From Cladosporium halotolerans (lineage: Eukaryota): a DNA stretch of 64,000 nt. The stretch lies in the NCBI RefSeq assembly GCF_011745625.1, contig NW_027191452.1, forward strand, positions 1,240,001 to 1,304,000. Reading direction: 5' to 3'. The notes beneath the pieces were generated by a model. It did no database searches, was not told the DNA's origin, and saw only the letters and a program-made list of their open reading frames with translations. The number at the start of each line of letters is the position of its first letter. The first letter of the stretch is position 1. Positions 1 through 10,217 of the stretch are shown one piece after another. A program made the translations under genes and the position numbers.

Positions 1-559
1 CTGCAGGATCTGGGGACCAAAGCGGTCGTATGCGAACCGTTTGGTAGGATCAATCAGAGTGTCTTTAGCCAGCAGCAAGCGTACATAAATCGATTCGACG
101 GTCGAGCGATCTGGGCCGGAAGCTTTGTCTGGGTGAAATTGAACGGTCCTGTGGTCTGGTCAGATGGTATTGACTGATGAACGGTGCCGTTTTACACTTA
201 CAATCGCCTAAACCGACTCTGGACCGCCCTCTCTGAAACATCATGAGCGACCCCCAGGTCTTGGTAGAAATCGCCCGCTACCTGCAGCTGATAGTCTGCC
301 TCATATACGGTGTACAGAAGATAAGAGAGAATCACACAGATGTGGATCCGTCTTCTGTCGCGAACGAAGCGTGGCGACCCAGGTGCCGGTTTGGGGTCCC
401 CAGCACGAATCAATATTGCGTACAACGCAGTTTGCACGTAGCCTGTTACAAGCTGCGAGCTTGTCAGTGTCTAGTCGTCTCGAATGATGTTAAAGTGTGA
501 GACAATACCCCAGGCAAGAAATACCATCCCGCCAGCGAGAGCAGGCCGCTCGCCGACAT
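1..559 (-). CDS. Membrane-associated DnaJ (J-domain) protein, 3' end runs off the window
   Basis: Exons 559-509, 452-202 and 148-<1 with GT..AG introns give MSASGLLSLAGWYFLPGLVTGYVQTALYAI...FYQDLGVAHDVSERAVQSRFRRLTVQFHPDKASG...DPTKRFAYDRFG. The HPD motif and J-domain helices follow a hydrophobic N-terminus. Confidence 0.9.
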
Positions 560-817
560 TTTCCTGAATCGGTCTCTATGGAAAGCTATTCGTAACTTCC
601 ATCGACGTTCTTTGGCCGATGAAAGCTAAACCGCTGGTCAATTGTTTACGTGCGCTTGCTGCTACAATGAACAGAGGCAATGCAAGGGACCAGGTGTCGT
701 GCGTCGTGTCAGAAGTCGTGGTCGGGTGGACTTTTTCGCCGGCTTCTCCAAGTTGCAGCTCTCGCTTTTGGCTTCGGCAACTTTTTGCGACGAGCTTGCG
801 ACAAGCAGCTTGCGAAC

Positions 818-1987
818 ATGTCCACTGAGAACATGTCGCCCGCCTCAAAAGACAGTGCGGAAAAGATGTCGAAGAAACGAAGAAGAGAAGAAGAGCTGGC
901 TCAAAGCAAAGACGCGAAGCCCGCGCCCGAAACCGAGTCTACCCCGGCGAAAAAGCAGAAGAAATCGAAGAAGGATCGTGATGCCGCTGTCAAGAAGGAG
1001 CCCACAGAAGAGTCAGTCGAAGTAGCGACACCGGCCAAGGAAAAGAAAAAGAAGAAGAGAAAGGGCACGGAAACGCAGGCCGACGAAGCAGATGCGAAGC
1101 CAGCAGCATCTGGAGAGAATTCCGACAACGGCCAGGAACCGCCTGCGAATGTGGAAGACGAGACGTCGAAGAAATCGAGAAAGAGACAGAAGGACAGTCA
1201 GAACGATGTCGCAGAAAGCAATGGCACCGAGGAGAGCAAACTCATCGTTTCCGAGACCGCAACTACCATCACTGCTATCGACAACAAGCAATTACAGTCT
1301 AGTCCGCCTTTTGTGCAACAGACGACATCGTTCTATCTGGCCCTGTCACCAATTGCTCATGACTTTCCACTGGATGGACTTTGCGCTGAGCACATATCGC
1401 CTCTCCTTCTCACATACTACCCTCCTATGAAGGGCATCGTACTGTCTTACAGCGACCCGCGACTTTCTGAGGCGCCGGAGAAGCGTGGAGTCCAGATAAA
1501 GAAGGAAAAGCGATCAAAAACGGTGCTCGGTCGAAGTGTTGACGAGTATGCTGTCACCTACGTCTGGCTTACTGTGGAATTCCTACTTTTCAAGCCGCAG
1601 CGAGGCACTGTGCTGGAGGGCTATGTCAACCTGCAGAACGAAAGTATTCTCGGTTTGATTTGCTACAACTACTTTAATGCCGGCATTGAGCGTTCGCGGA
1701 TACCAAAGGATTGGCAGTGGGTGGAAGACGAGGCTGCAGAGGTGGATGGGGAGATGACAAGGAAGGGTCGCCGTGAGGCAGCCGGACATTATGTGAACGC
1801 AGACGGCAACAAGGTCGAAGGCAAGATTGTCTTCAAAGTCAAGGATTTCGAAGCCACGGCTGGCGCAGAGACCGGAAGTGGAAGTATCAACATTTACGGC
1901 ACACTGCTGACCGAAAGTGATGACACGAAGGTCGATGAGGAAGTTAAGCAAAAGAGCGCGGCAAGAGGAAGGCCGTCGCGAAGATAA
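818..1987 (+). CDS. RPA43: RNA polymerase I subunit A43
   Basis: A Lys-rich low-complexity N-terminus is followed by the Rpa43 core: HISPLLLTYYPPMKGIVLSY, WLTVEFLLFKPQRGTVLEGYVNLQNESILGLICYNYFNAGI. ATG 818 is preferred over 680. Divergent from the DnaJ gene across about 260 bp. Confidence 0.88.
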   Translation: MSTENMSPASKDSAEKMSKKRRREEELAQSKDAKPAPETESTPAKKQKKSKKDRDAAVKKEPTEESVEVATPAKEKKKKKRKGTETQADEADAKPAASGENSDNGQEPPANVEDETSKKSRKRQKDSQNDVAESNGTEESKLIVSETATTITAIDNKQLQSSPPFVQQTTSFYLALSPIAHDFPLDGLCAEHISPLLLTYYPPMKGIVLSYSDPRLSEAPEKRGVQIKKEKRSKTVLGRSVDEYAVTYVWLTVEFLLFKPQRGTVLEGYVNLQNESILGLICYNYFNAGIERSRIPKDWQWVEDEAAEVDGEMTRKGRREAAGHYVNADGNKVEGKIVFKVKDFEATAGAETGSGSINIYGTLLTESDDTKVDEEVKQKSAARGRPSRR

Positions 1988-2381
1988 GAGGGGCGCATTG
2001 CCTGCCTCTATTTGTGTGCTCTTTATTGCGAGCGCTGTCTGTACCATTTAGCGGTTCAAAGTGTAATGATTTCTCCGGCCAATCTCACCGTCATCTTAAA
2101 CTGACTTATGGCTTCCCTACAACGATGGATTGTGCATCCCTAAGGTCGGAGTTGTGGTCGTGCTGTCGCTAATTGATGATGCCGGTTATTCTTCGGCCCG
2201 ACGTCTGAGATCTAATCGATAAGCCACGCGCCCAATTTTTTGCCGATCGCTGGCGCGCTTTCACATGAACTTCGAGCTTCGGCGATCCAAACATTACCAA
2301 CCGCAACTGTGCCCCGACAGCAAGAAAACAATGACCACTCCGCTGCCACACGAGAGAGTCTTGCGTCACTTGTAGTACAAG

Positions 2382-4895
2382 ATGCGTCTCCGTCTCCGCA
2401 TTGAGCGCAACGGGCTGCCCACTGTCAGCACGCTCTGGCCGGTCACCGATCCACCGCAAAAGAAAACTATCGCCCAGTTCATCGAAGCTGTCAACCAAGC
2501 CTTTCCGCTAGAAGGCGACAGATGGGGTCTTGAGGACTATATTGTCACTGTTGCTGATTTTGAGTGTCTCCATTACCACTACGTCAGCGATGTTTGCAAA
2601 GACGACGAGGAGGTAGTCGTGCGACCGCTCACATATGCGGAGGTCAGGTCGAGGACTTTGACAGGGAGAAGCCAGATCAGCAGCGATGGGAAGAAGCTCA
2701 CAGACGGCATAGCTTTCGGGAAGCCACTCTTGAAAGCGCCCGTCAGGCCTGAGGTCATGATTCCGCCGAGAAAGAGGAAGCGAGCCACCGCAGATGAAGA
2801 TGACGGAGGGAAAAAGAAAGTGAGGTTCATCACAAACGGAGATGCTGAAGTGCACATTGAGTGCATACCTCCTGGAGGCCACAAGATGACCATGGCGCCT
2901 GAGCGCGATGAACATCAGGAAGATGAAGACGGAGGTTTCGAGCTTGGCGATGATGGCAAGTGCCACTGCCACACATCGTCCGATGCAGAGAATGGATTTG
3001 CCGGTGTTGCCTGGCATCCTGCCGACTCTGAACCCAGCGACTCTGATTCAAGCGACTCTTGTTCAGGCGACCCTGATTCAAGCGACTCTGATTCAAGCGA
3101 CTCCGATTCAAGCGACTCTGATTCAAGCGAAAGTACGGACAGTTCGAGTGACTCCTCTAGTGACGAGTCCAGCCACAACTCAAGTCACGTGTCAATGCCA
3201 AGGCCAACGAGCGCCGCCCTCAGTACAGGCGCGACAGCCAATGCAGTGGGTGGAGGTGAGGCGGGGAGCGCGCTTCCGGCGTCGCATTGTCAACAATCAG
3301 CGGTTGCCACGCCTCTTCCCTCCCTCCCACACGCAGGCAAAATGAAGACGCAAAAGCGAAACGCAAGACGACGCGAATCCAAGAAACTCGCTTACCTCAA
3401 AGGCCAAGGCATTCTTGCACAAGACGCAGATTTCACTACTCTACGTGAATGGGAAGAGGCGCAATATTCGACCGAGTATCTTCTTCCAAACCACGAACGC
3501 GGTGACTCTGACCCTACTTCCACCGCGACATTGGACGACGCCGACGAAAACGGCAGCCCAGAGAACGAAACAGAATCTGGTTTTGAAGCAACAGGGCAAA
3601 ATCTACAGCAATCAGCTCGGTCTGACGACATCATGCTCAACAGTAGGGGCGAGTGGATTCCGGAAGAGGATTTCGACGAAGGCCCCGAAGTACAGAGCAA
3701 CAAACTCGAAGCCCGCAAGGCAGCCTTGATGGGTCGTCTCCACCAGCAGAACATGGAAGGCATGGCCGCTAACGAACGCGGCCAAGGGCCTGTGGCTGGT
3801 CGCCGTGGAGTGAACGTGGCCGGCGCAGAGCGTCTCCTCTACGGCTCTCTAGGTGTGCGTACCCCTCAATCCCAGGAGCAGAGGGAAGCCGTGCAGAGGA
3901 CACTCGCTGCGCGTCTGGGTACCGCAGCCCCGAAACGCAAGTCTGATTCCCAGGACGAGGAATTGGCTGTCCCAGAAGAAGAAGAAGAAGCCGAAGACAT
4001 TGACTGGCATGAGCATATCGAACTTCTTGCCATCGAGTGCTGCGACGAAGGCGTTCAGCTCGCCACGCCTCCTTTCCCATTCCATCAGCACTGGGACCCT
4101 CAGTACCCCAAAAAGGAAAACCAGAACACGCGCGCCTACACAAACGCTCCACGCAAGCGCAGAAGAAGAAATAGACGTGCGATCGAGAGTGCGAATGCGC
4201 AGACATACGACAACAACAATGAAGGGTACGGCGATGCGCTCGATTACGACGATGACGGTGCGGACGAGGGCGCGTACATGGTTTCATACGACATGTATGA
4301 CGATGAAGACTACGACGATGCGCTCGATTACGACGATGACGGCGCGGTCGAAGGCGCGTACACGGAGACATACGACACGTACAACAAGGACGGCTACGGC
4401 GATGCGCTCGATTGGGACGGTGACGGCACCGCATACGATCACGGATACTGGGAAGGTTTCGGAGACGAAGAGGACCCCGCCGCGCAACAGCTCCTTGATG
4501 AAGCAACCGCGGCAGCACCAGTCGACGACTTCCCCGCTCTGCCGCAAGACTTTTCCAGCCTCAAAGCCATGACTAGCGAAGACGCGCAAGTCGGCGATTT
4601 CGTGACATTCACGGAACTCGTACTCTCTACTGCAACCAATTGGCAGCCCGAAATGCTGAGGCGGACTGTGCAGCTTCTGGAGAAGGAAGGCGACGTCTGG
4701 ACGATGAAGCTCGCTTTGAGGGACTTGGCGCCAAAGGAGTATGACGACCAAGGAGACAGGGTCTACGGGAAATTTGACATGGCGCCGTTGAATGGCGAAG
4801 AGGAACTCTCGGAGGAGGAAGAGAGGCTCAAAGTGGCTTCCTTCGCTGAACTCAACGACGCCAGACTGCTGCAAAGGGCAGAAATCAAGGAATGA
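2382..4895 (+). CDS. Acidic, largely disordered protein; candidate coilin homologue with an N-terminal folded domain and a C-terminal Tudor-like domain
   Basis: 837-aa intronless ORF. It has an N-terminal MRLRLRIER domain, basic NLS-like patches (PPRKRKR, KTQKRNARRR), Ser/Asp repeats and a C-terminus with DFSSL..QVGDFVTF..L.L..GKFD..FAELNDARLL. The confidence applies to the gene; the coilin identity is inferred. Confidence 0.8.
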   Translation: MRLRLRIERNGLPTVSTLWPVTDPPQKKTIAQFIEAVNQAFPLEGDRWGLEDYIVTVADFECLHYHYVSDVCKDDEEVVVRPLTYAEVRSRTLTGRSQISSDGKKLTDGIAFGKPLLKAPVRPEVMIPPRKRKRATADEDDGGKKKVRFITNGDAEVHIECIPPGGHKMTMAPERDEHQEDEDGGFELGDDGKCHCHTSSDAENGFAGVAWHPADSEPSDSDSSDSCSGDPDSSDSDSSDSDSSDSDSSESTDSSSDSSSDESSHNSSHVSMPRPTSAALSTGATANAVGGGEAGSALPASHCQQSAVATPLPSLPHAGKMKTQKRNARRRESKKLAYLKGQGILAQDADFTTLREWEEAQYSTEYLLPNHERGDSDPTSTATLDDADENGSPENETESGFEATGQNLQQSARSDDIMLNSRGEWIPEEDFDEGPEVQSNKLEARKAALMGRLHQQNMEGMAANERGQGPVAGRRGVNVAGAERLLYGSLGVRTPQSQEQREAVQRTLAARLGTAAPKRKSDSQDEELAVPEEEEEAEDIDWHEHIELLAIECCDEGVQLATPPFPFHQHWDPQYPKKENQNTRAYTNAPRKRRRRNRRAIESANAQTYDNNNEGYGDALDYDDDGADEGAYMVSYDMYDDEDYDDALDYDDDGAVEGAYTETYDTYNKDGYGDALDWDGDGTAYDHGYWEGFGDEEDPAAQQLLDEATAAAPVDDFPALPQDFSSLKAMTSEDAQVGDFVTFTELVLSTATNWQPEMLRRTVQLLEKEGDVWTMKLALRDLAPKEYDDQGDRVYGKFDMAPLNGEEELSEEEERLKVASFAELNDARLLQRAEIKE
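3036..3130 (+). repeat. 15-bp tandem repeat (AGCGACTCTGATTCA), about 6 copies, encoding (SDSDS)n
   Basis: Directly visible repeated AGCGACTC(T/C)GATTCA units inside the 2382-4895 CDS. Confidence 0.9.
4203..4430 (+). repeat. 84-bp (28-aa) tandem repeat, about 2.7 copies, Asp/Tyr-rich
   Basis: GATGCGCTCGATT starts at 4233, 4317 and 4401 (84-nt period) and encodes DALDYDDDG..EGAY...YD units. Confidence 0.9.
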
Positions 4896-5165
4896 TGAGC
4901 GTTGCTGCGCTTCGGAACATCAGCTTTCCGCTGACCTGAATCACACCAAATTGGTAAAGGGCAGAAGAAGGCGAGGAACAACGATTGCTTTGCTTTGGGA
5001 AATTAGCTGATCGTTGACACGAATGCCGCCAAACTGCTGGAAAGGGGCAGAAGAGGGCGAGGAACAATGATTGCTTTGCTTTGGAAAATTAGCTGACCGT
5101 TGACACGAATGCCGCCAAACTGCTGAAAAGGGCAGAAGAAGGCGAGAAACAATGAGCGTTGCTCT
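4840..5165 (+). repeat. About 85-bp degenerate tandem repeat, about 4 copies, spanning the stop codon and 3' flank
   Basis: GGGCAGAA anchors at 4876, 4959, 5045 and 5130. The later copies are nearly identical (GATTGCTTTGCTTTGG.AAATTAGCTGA.CGTTGACACGAATGCCGCCAAACTGCTG). Confidence 0.85.
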
Positions 5166-5703
5166 TACTTTCTTTTCTTTGGAAGGCTGGCGGTTCATAC
5201 CTTCAGGACTGAGGTTACCCTTAATTGGCTCTGTGAATAAGTCCGTAGGCAGAAAATGAGGTGATGAAAACATTGGCACAGCTTTCGTGATCTGATACTT
5301 TACAGTGTACTAGCTATTCTAAACGTCTGCGTAGGCTTCGTGAGACTCGTGCCCGGGGACGTCTCGTCGGAAGCGAGGCCAAGCATGGTGACAAGAGCTC
5401 GGTCGTGTAGTTGCCTGTCTTTGCCTCCCCTGTGCGCGAGCTGGCCGACGGCGTTTGGGAACGCCGGGAAAGCGATCGAGAAGTCACCGCATGGTTGTGG
5501 TCAGATCACTCGGACGCGTTCATTCTATGGGCGTAAACTTGCGGCCTTGCAGCGCGCAATGGTCCTAAGCCCATCGCCCTGGGAAGGCCTCCTTCTCTCA
5601 AACGCGGCCTTGCCGGGATCCAGCTTGCCGGGATTCAACAATTACCACCACAAACTTACATCGACGACGATGACTGTATCGGTGGAATGAGACTCGATGC
5701 CTC

Positions 5704-6474
5704 TCAAACGGGTACCAAGTGACAGCCGAGCATGCCTCTTCCACCCCAGTCCCGCCTGGGTGTCAGCTGCAGCTGAACGGTTTGCGAATCGCGTAGAACC
5801 TTCACTATGATCGTGTGGTTCTCGTTCTGTTGTACCACCTGAGCGACCCTGCTCAACCGCTCGTGGTTCGTCCAGTCCACATAGCCGAACCTGGTCACCT
5901 TGTCCCCTGCTTTCATGCCTGCCGTATCCGCCGGGCTGTCTTGTACCACAGTATTCACCCTCGCGAAAGGAGGCTCAATTGCAGATGATGCGGACTGAGT
6001 AGCAGCTGAAGCTGGCCCCGGAACTCCAACACCCACCGATGCGACTCGGGTCGGATTCGCAGCTGGCAACGACTCCGCGCTTTTTCCCGCCGCAAAATGC
6101 TCGTGAACCGCCTTTTCCACCTTCGTCATGAGCGACTTATGATCGTTCCGGAGCCGAATGATCCTTGCCCTGGTCGTGCGTATTTGGGCGACGTCAATAT
6201 CGGCGCGCGGGAAGCCGTCGAAGGTCGTCAGGCCGGTGTTCATGTTTACGCCATGCTACAGGGGTTGTCAGCCCATGATTGCGTATGCCCGCCGATTTGA
6301 AGGACTCACGGAGTCGAGGACCGAGCCCAGAGCCGAAAGCTCAGCTTCCAGGTTGTCTTTCCGAGCGATCAGCTCTTGCAGTGATTGCTTTCCATGGGTG
6401 CCATTTGTGGTTTGTTGCGAACTTGGTCCAGCAGCTACTGTCGGGGCGTGAAGGTCATCCATTCTGAGGCCCAT
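5704..6474 (-). CDS. NAS2: 26S proteasome regulatory particle assembly chaperone Nas2/PSMD9 (N-terminal helical domain plus PDZ)
   Basis: Exons 6474-6310 and 6255-5704 (intron GTGAGT..CTGAC..TAG). Motifs DGFPRADIDVAQIRTTRARIIRLRNDHK, PFARVNTV..SPA..AG and LTPRRDWGGRGMLGCHL. Confidence 0.95.
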
Positions 6475-6899
6475 GTAATCGATTCCCTTTGGATCGCAAG
6501 TGCGAATGAGGTATGGTGTCCAGCTTATGTGACGCAGAGCCAGACCCCAGGCATCGAGAACAGGCGCAATGCGCTGATGCTCGGAGTTGCCTCAGGCGCG
6601 AGTGTTAGCGGGGCGGGGTGGCGAGGTTGTTGAAACAAGGTGCGGCTCTCGCCTCTCGCCCCGCAAAGCCTGAGGCTGTTTGCAGGTCTTCTCCCTTCGT
6701 CAGACAGCTGCTGGATTCCGAACATCATGCTGTCTTTCCAGAGCTGCTGCGTGGGTGCCGAGGCCACCGTTTCCGCGTGGTCCGCGGAGACTCGACGGAT
6801 GTAGTTCATCAATCACCAGGGGAAGGATACCACAACTACCGCCAACCCCTCCCCGGCAACGGCACGTACATCTCGTCGCTGCGTTGCCTGATCCAGCTT

Positions 6900-7292
6900 A
6901 CCCGCGTCACGCTCATGACGAAGTGTGACGTGAATTGTCAACCGCTCCGCGATGTCCGCCACTCCTCCTGCACCACGCCGCCAAATACGATCGCCATCAT
7001 TGGCTGCTTGGTACTCGATCGGAAGATTTCATTTCTGGGTCGTGCTGCAAGGCCCCGCAAACGGTGGTTTTGCGCTCGAATGCACGAGCTATGCCGGCTT
7101 GCCACGCGAAACAAGCCCATGTCGAGTGGTGCTTCTGGCAAGCTTTGTCGATGGCAGAAGTCATCGGCTCTCATGCAATTGGCTGTTGCCCGTGTCGGCA
7201 CTGCATCGTAGAGCACTCCACCTTGTCATCGCTGGTGGCGGTCACCACTGACCGCGCTCTGACGCTAACGCGGTAGGTTCACATATATACTA
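6900..7292 (+). promoter_or_regulatory. Putative catalase promoter with CRE-like elements and a TATA-like box
   Basis: CGTCAC, ATGACG and GTGACGTG cluster at 6905-6932. TATATA lies at about 7283-7288, upstream of a CT-rich leader and ATG 7353. Confidence 0.4.
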
Positions 7293-7352
7293 TGTAGGTG
7301 GGACTCTCACGTCTTCTTACGCTTTCCCATCTCTCTTGCATACTCTACCAAC

Positions 7353-9648
7353 ATGTCTTTGTCAAACGGTCTGGAGAAGCTTGGCCTCAATGGCGCCTCC
7401 GGCGACAAGAAGGCTGCCGACCTTCAGAAGAACACTGTCGATTACCATGCACCCGAGAACAGGATCACTACCGACTTTGGCGTGAAGCAGGCCAACACGG
7501 ATGACTGGCTCAAGGTCGCTACGGAAGATCATACCGGCCCGCAGCTGCTGGAAGATCACATGGGTCGTGAGAAGATCCATCGCTTCGACCACGAACGTAT
7601 CCCAGAGCGTGTCGTCCACGCCCGTGGCGCGGGTGCATTCGGTAACTTCAAGATGCACAAGAGCTTGGAGAAGTACACATGCGCGAAGGTTCTCACGGAC
7701 ACATCTCGTTCCACCCCGGTCTTCGAGCGATTCTCGACTGTACTTGGTAGCCGTGGCAGTGCCGACACCGTTCGTGACACCCGCGGTTTCGCCCTGAAGT
7801 TCTACACGGAGGAGGGCAACTGGGATATTGTTGGCAACAACATTCCTGTGTTCTTCATTCAGGATGCCATCAAGTTCCCTGATGTCATCCACGCAGGCAA
7901 GCCTGAGCCGCACAACGAGGTGCCCCAGGCGCAGACAGGTCAGTATTATACTTTCGCAACCACAATTCACGTGGAAAGTCGAGCCTTTCAACATACTGAC
8001 AATGTCAATAGCACACAACAACTTTTGGGACTTCCAGTACCTACACACCGAGGCTACGCACATGTTCATGTGGACGAACTCCGACCGCGGCATCCCGCGA
8101 TCATACCGCATGATGCAGGGATTCGGTGTGAACACTTATACGCTGTACAATGCCAACAAGGAGCGCTTCCTTGTCAAGTTCCATTTCAAGCCTCAGCTTG
8201 GCGTTCACAGCTTTGTCTGGGACGAGGCCCTGAAGCTTGCTGGCCAGGACCCCGACTTCCACCGTAAGGATCTGTACGAGGCCATTGACAACGGCCTGTT
8301 CCCCAAGTGGGACTTCGGTGTCCAAGTCATCCCTGAGGGCGACCAGGACAAGTTCGAATTCGACCCTCTGGATGCCACCAAGGTTTGGCCCGAGGAGCTC
8401 ATTCCTATCGAGTACGTTGGTGAGCTCGAGCTGAACAGGAACGTCGACGAGTACTTCACCGAGACTGAGCAAGTGGCTTTCTGTACCGGCCACATCGTTC
8501 CTGGCATTGGCTTCTCCGACGACCCTCTGCTGCAAGGCCGCAACTTCTCCTACTCCGACACGCAGCTGAGCCGTCTTGGAACCAACTGGCAGGAGCTGCC
8601 CATCAATAGACCCGTCTGCCCGGTCATGAACCAGAACCGTGACGGTGCCATGCGTCACAGAATTACAAAGGGTCAAGTCAACTACTGGCCCAACCGCTTC
8701 GAGGCGACTCCGCCTGCTAAGGTCGAAGAGGGTGCCTACGAGGACATCCCCACCAAGGTCGAAGGCATGAAGACCCGTCTGCGTTCCAAGAAGTTCAGAG
8801 AGCACTACAACCAGGCGCAGCTCTTCTACAACTCCCTGGCGCCGCATGAGAAGGCCCACTTGGCTGCCTCTCTCGCTTTCGAGCTTGACCACTGCGACGA
8901 CCCCTGGGTCTACAACAAGATGTCTGAGCGCCTCACAGACATCGATCTCGGCCTCGCGCAGCAGGTGGCTGAGCTTGTCGGCGCTGACGAGATCCCTCAG
9001 AAGGAAGGCCGTCCCAACCACGGCAAGAAGGCCAAGGGTCTCAGCCAGGCCGACTTCATGCCCGAGAACCCTACCATCGAGTCCCGCCGTGTCGCCATCA
9101 TCATCGCCGACGGCTACGACCCCGTTGCCTACAACGCCATTCTCGGAGCTCTCAAGGGTGCAAAGGCACTCCCGTACACCATTGGCCCCCGCCGCACGGC
9201 CATCTACGCCGCCGGAGAGGACAAGAACAGCGGTGCCAAGGGCGTCAAGCCCGACCACCACCTCGAGGGCATGCGCAGCACCATGTTCGACTCCGTCTTT
9301 ATCCCTGGCGGCCAGCAGTCGATCGAGACGCTGCGCAAGATGGGCCGCGCCGTCCAGTGGGTTCGCGAGGCGTACGGCCACCTCAAGGCCATCGGCGCCA
9401 CCGGCGAGGCCGTCGACCTCGTCAAGTACGCCTGCGAGATCCCCGGCATGGACTTCTCGACCTCGGCCGACGTTGTCAACAGCTACGGCGTCGTCACGGT
9501 CGGCAAGGTGCAGCCCGAGAGCTTCAAGGAGGGCCTGCAGATGGTCAAGGGCGCGAAGGACTTCCTCGACAACTACACCTACGAAATCTCGCAGCACAAG
9601 AACTGGCAGCGCGAGCTCGACGGGCTGTCTATCCAGGTTGCTTACTAG
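7353..9648 (+). CDS. catA: Large-subunit (clade 2) monofunctional catalase, non-secreted CatA type
   Basis: Exons 7353-7938 and 8012-9648. Distal His motif [36 protein letters not shown], proximal ligand RNFSYSDTQ and a C-terminal DJ-1/PfpI-like domain. No signal peptide. Confidence 0.97.
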
Positions 9649-9995
9649 ATAATGCGTTTGCTCGCTGCGAGTGCTTTGTCGCGTAGATGTATTTCGCTTG
9701 TGATACCAAGAATGAATGAATGTTACGATCTTAGAAATCTTTGAACTCGGTCCGCGTGAATCATGCCATTTATCTGTCGTTTCTTCGTGGGTAATATCAT
9801 CCTTCAAATCCCATCGTGCGAGATCGTACAAGCTTCAACTCCCAACACATCCAAGCCCATCACAGCAACAGTCCATATCAAGGCCTTTGCACGTTTGTCT
9901 GCTTTCCTCCCGCATCACACATCTCCCTGGCCAACCTTCCATGCGAACGCATCGGCTACTCAGACCCGATCCGCTGCGATGCTGGCTCTTTCCAT

Positions 9996-10217
9996 TCAAT
10001 CGGCGCTTAACTTTAGATACGAGTTCGTAGAAGCCGAAGAAGCGTCACTGTCGGCTCGGGGTCTGTTGAACGGTACCTCGATCCCGGTCGCCGACGGAGC
10101 ATTGGTCAAAGTTGGCGATGATGGAGACTGGGCGGACGCGTCGGAAGGCACTTGGCTGGGTCGGGGAGGAGACAGCGGGAGAAAGTTTGATGGCTTCTCG
10201 CTCGTCGGGGAAGACAT
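9996..10217 (-). CDS. Small Ser/Pro-rich hypothetical protein (73 aa)
   Basis: ACCATG context at 10217. MSSPTSEKPSNFLPLSPPRP...RPRADSDASSASTNSYLKLSAD. Convergent with the catalase gene. Confidence 0.55.
   Translation of the reverse strand: MSSPTSEKPSNFLPLSPPRPSQVPSDASAQSPSSPTLTNAPSATGIEVPFNRPRADSDASSASTNSYLKLSAD

Noticed and set aside
680..817. In-frame upstream ATG extension of RPA43
   Set aside because: It falls in the short bidirectional promoter and the peptide is not Rpa43-like. ATG 818 has the better context.
4840..5165. CRISPR-like appearance of the approximately 85-bp periodic array
   Set aside because: The whole unit repeats with no unique spacers, the context is eukaryotic, and there are no cas genes.
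8101..9831. 576-aa antisense ORF over the catalase gene
   Set aside because: It mirrors the sense codons. Strong C/G-ending codon bias removes antisense stops, and it has no domain features.
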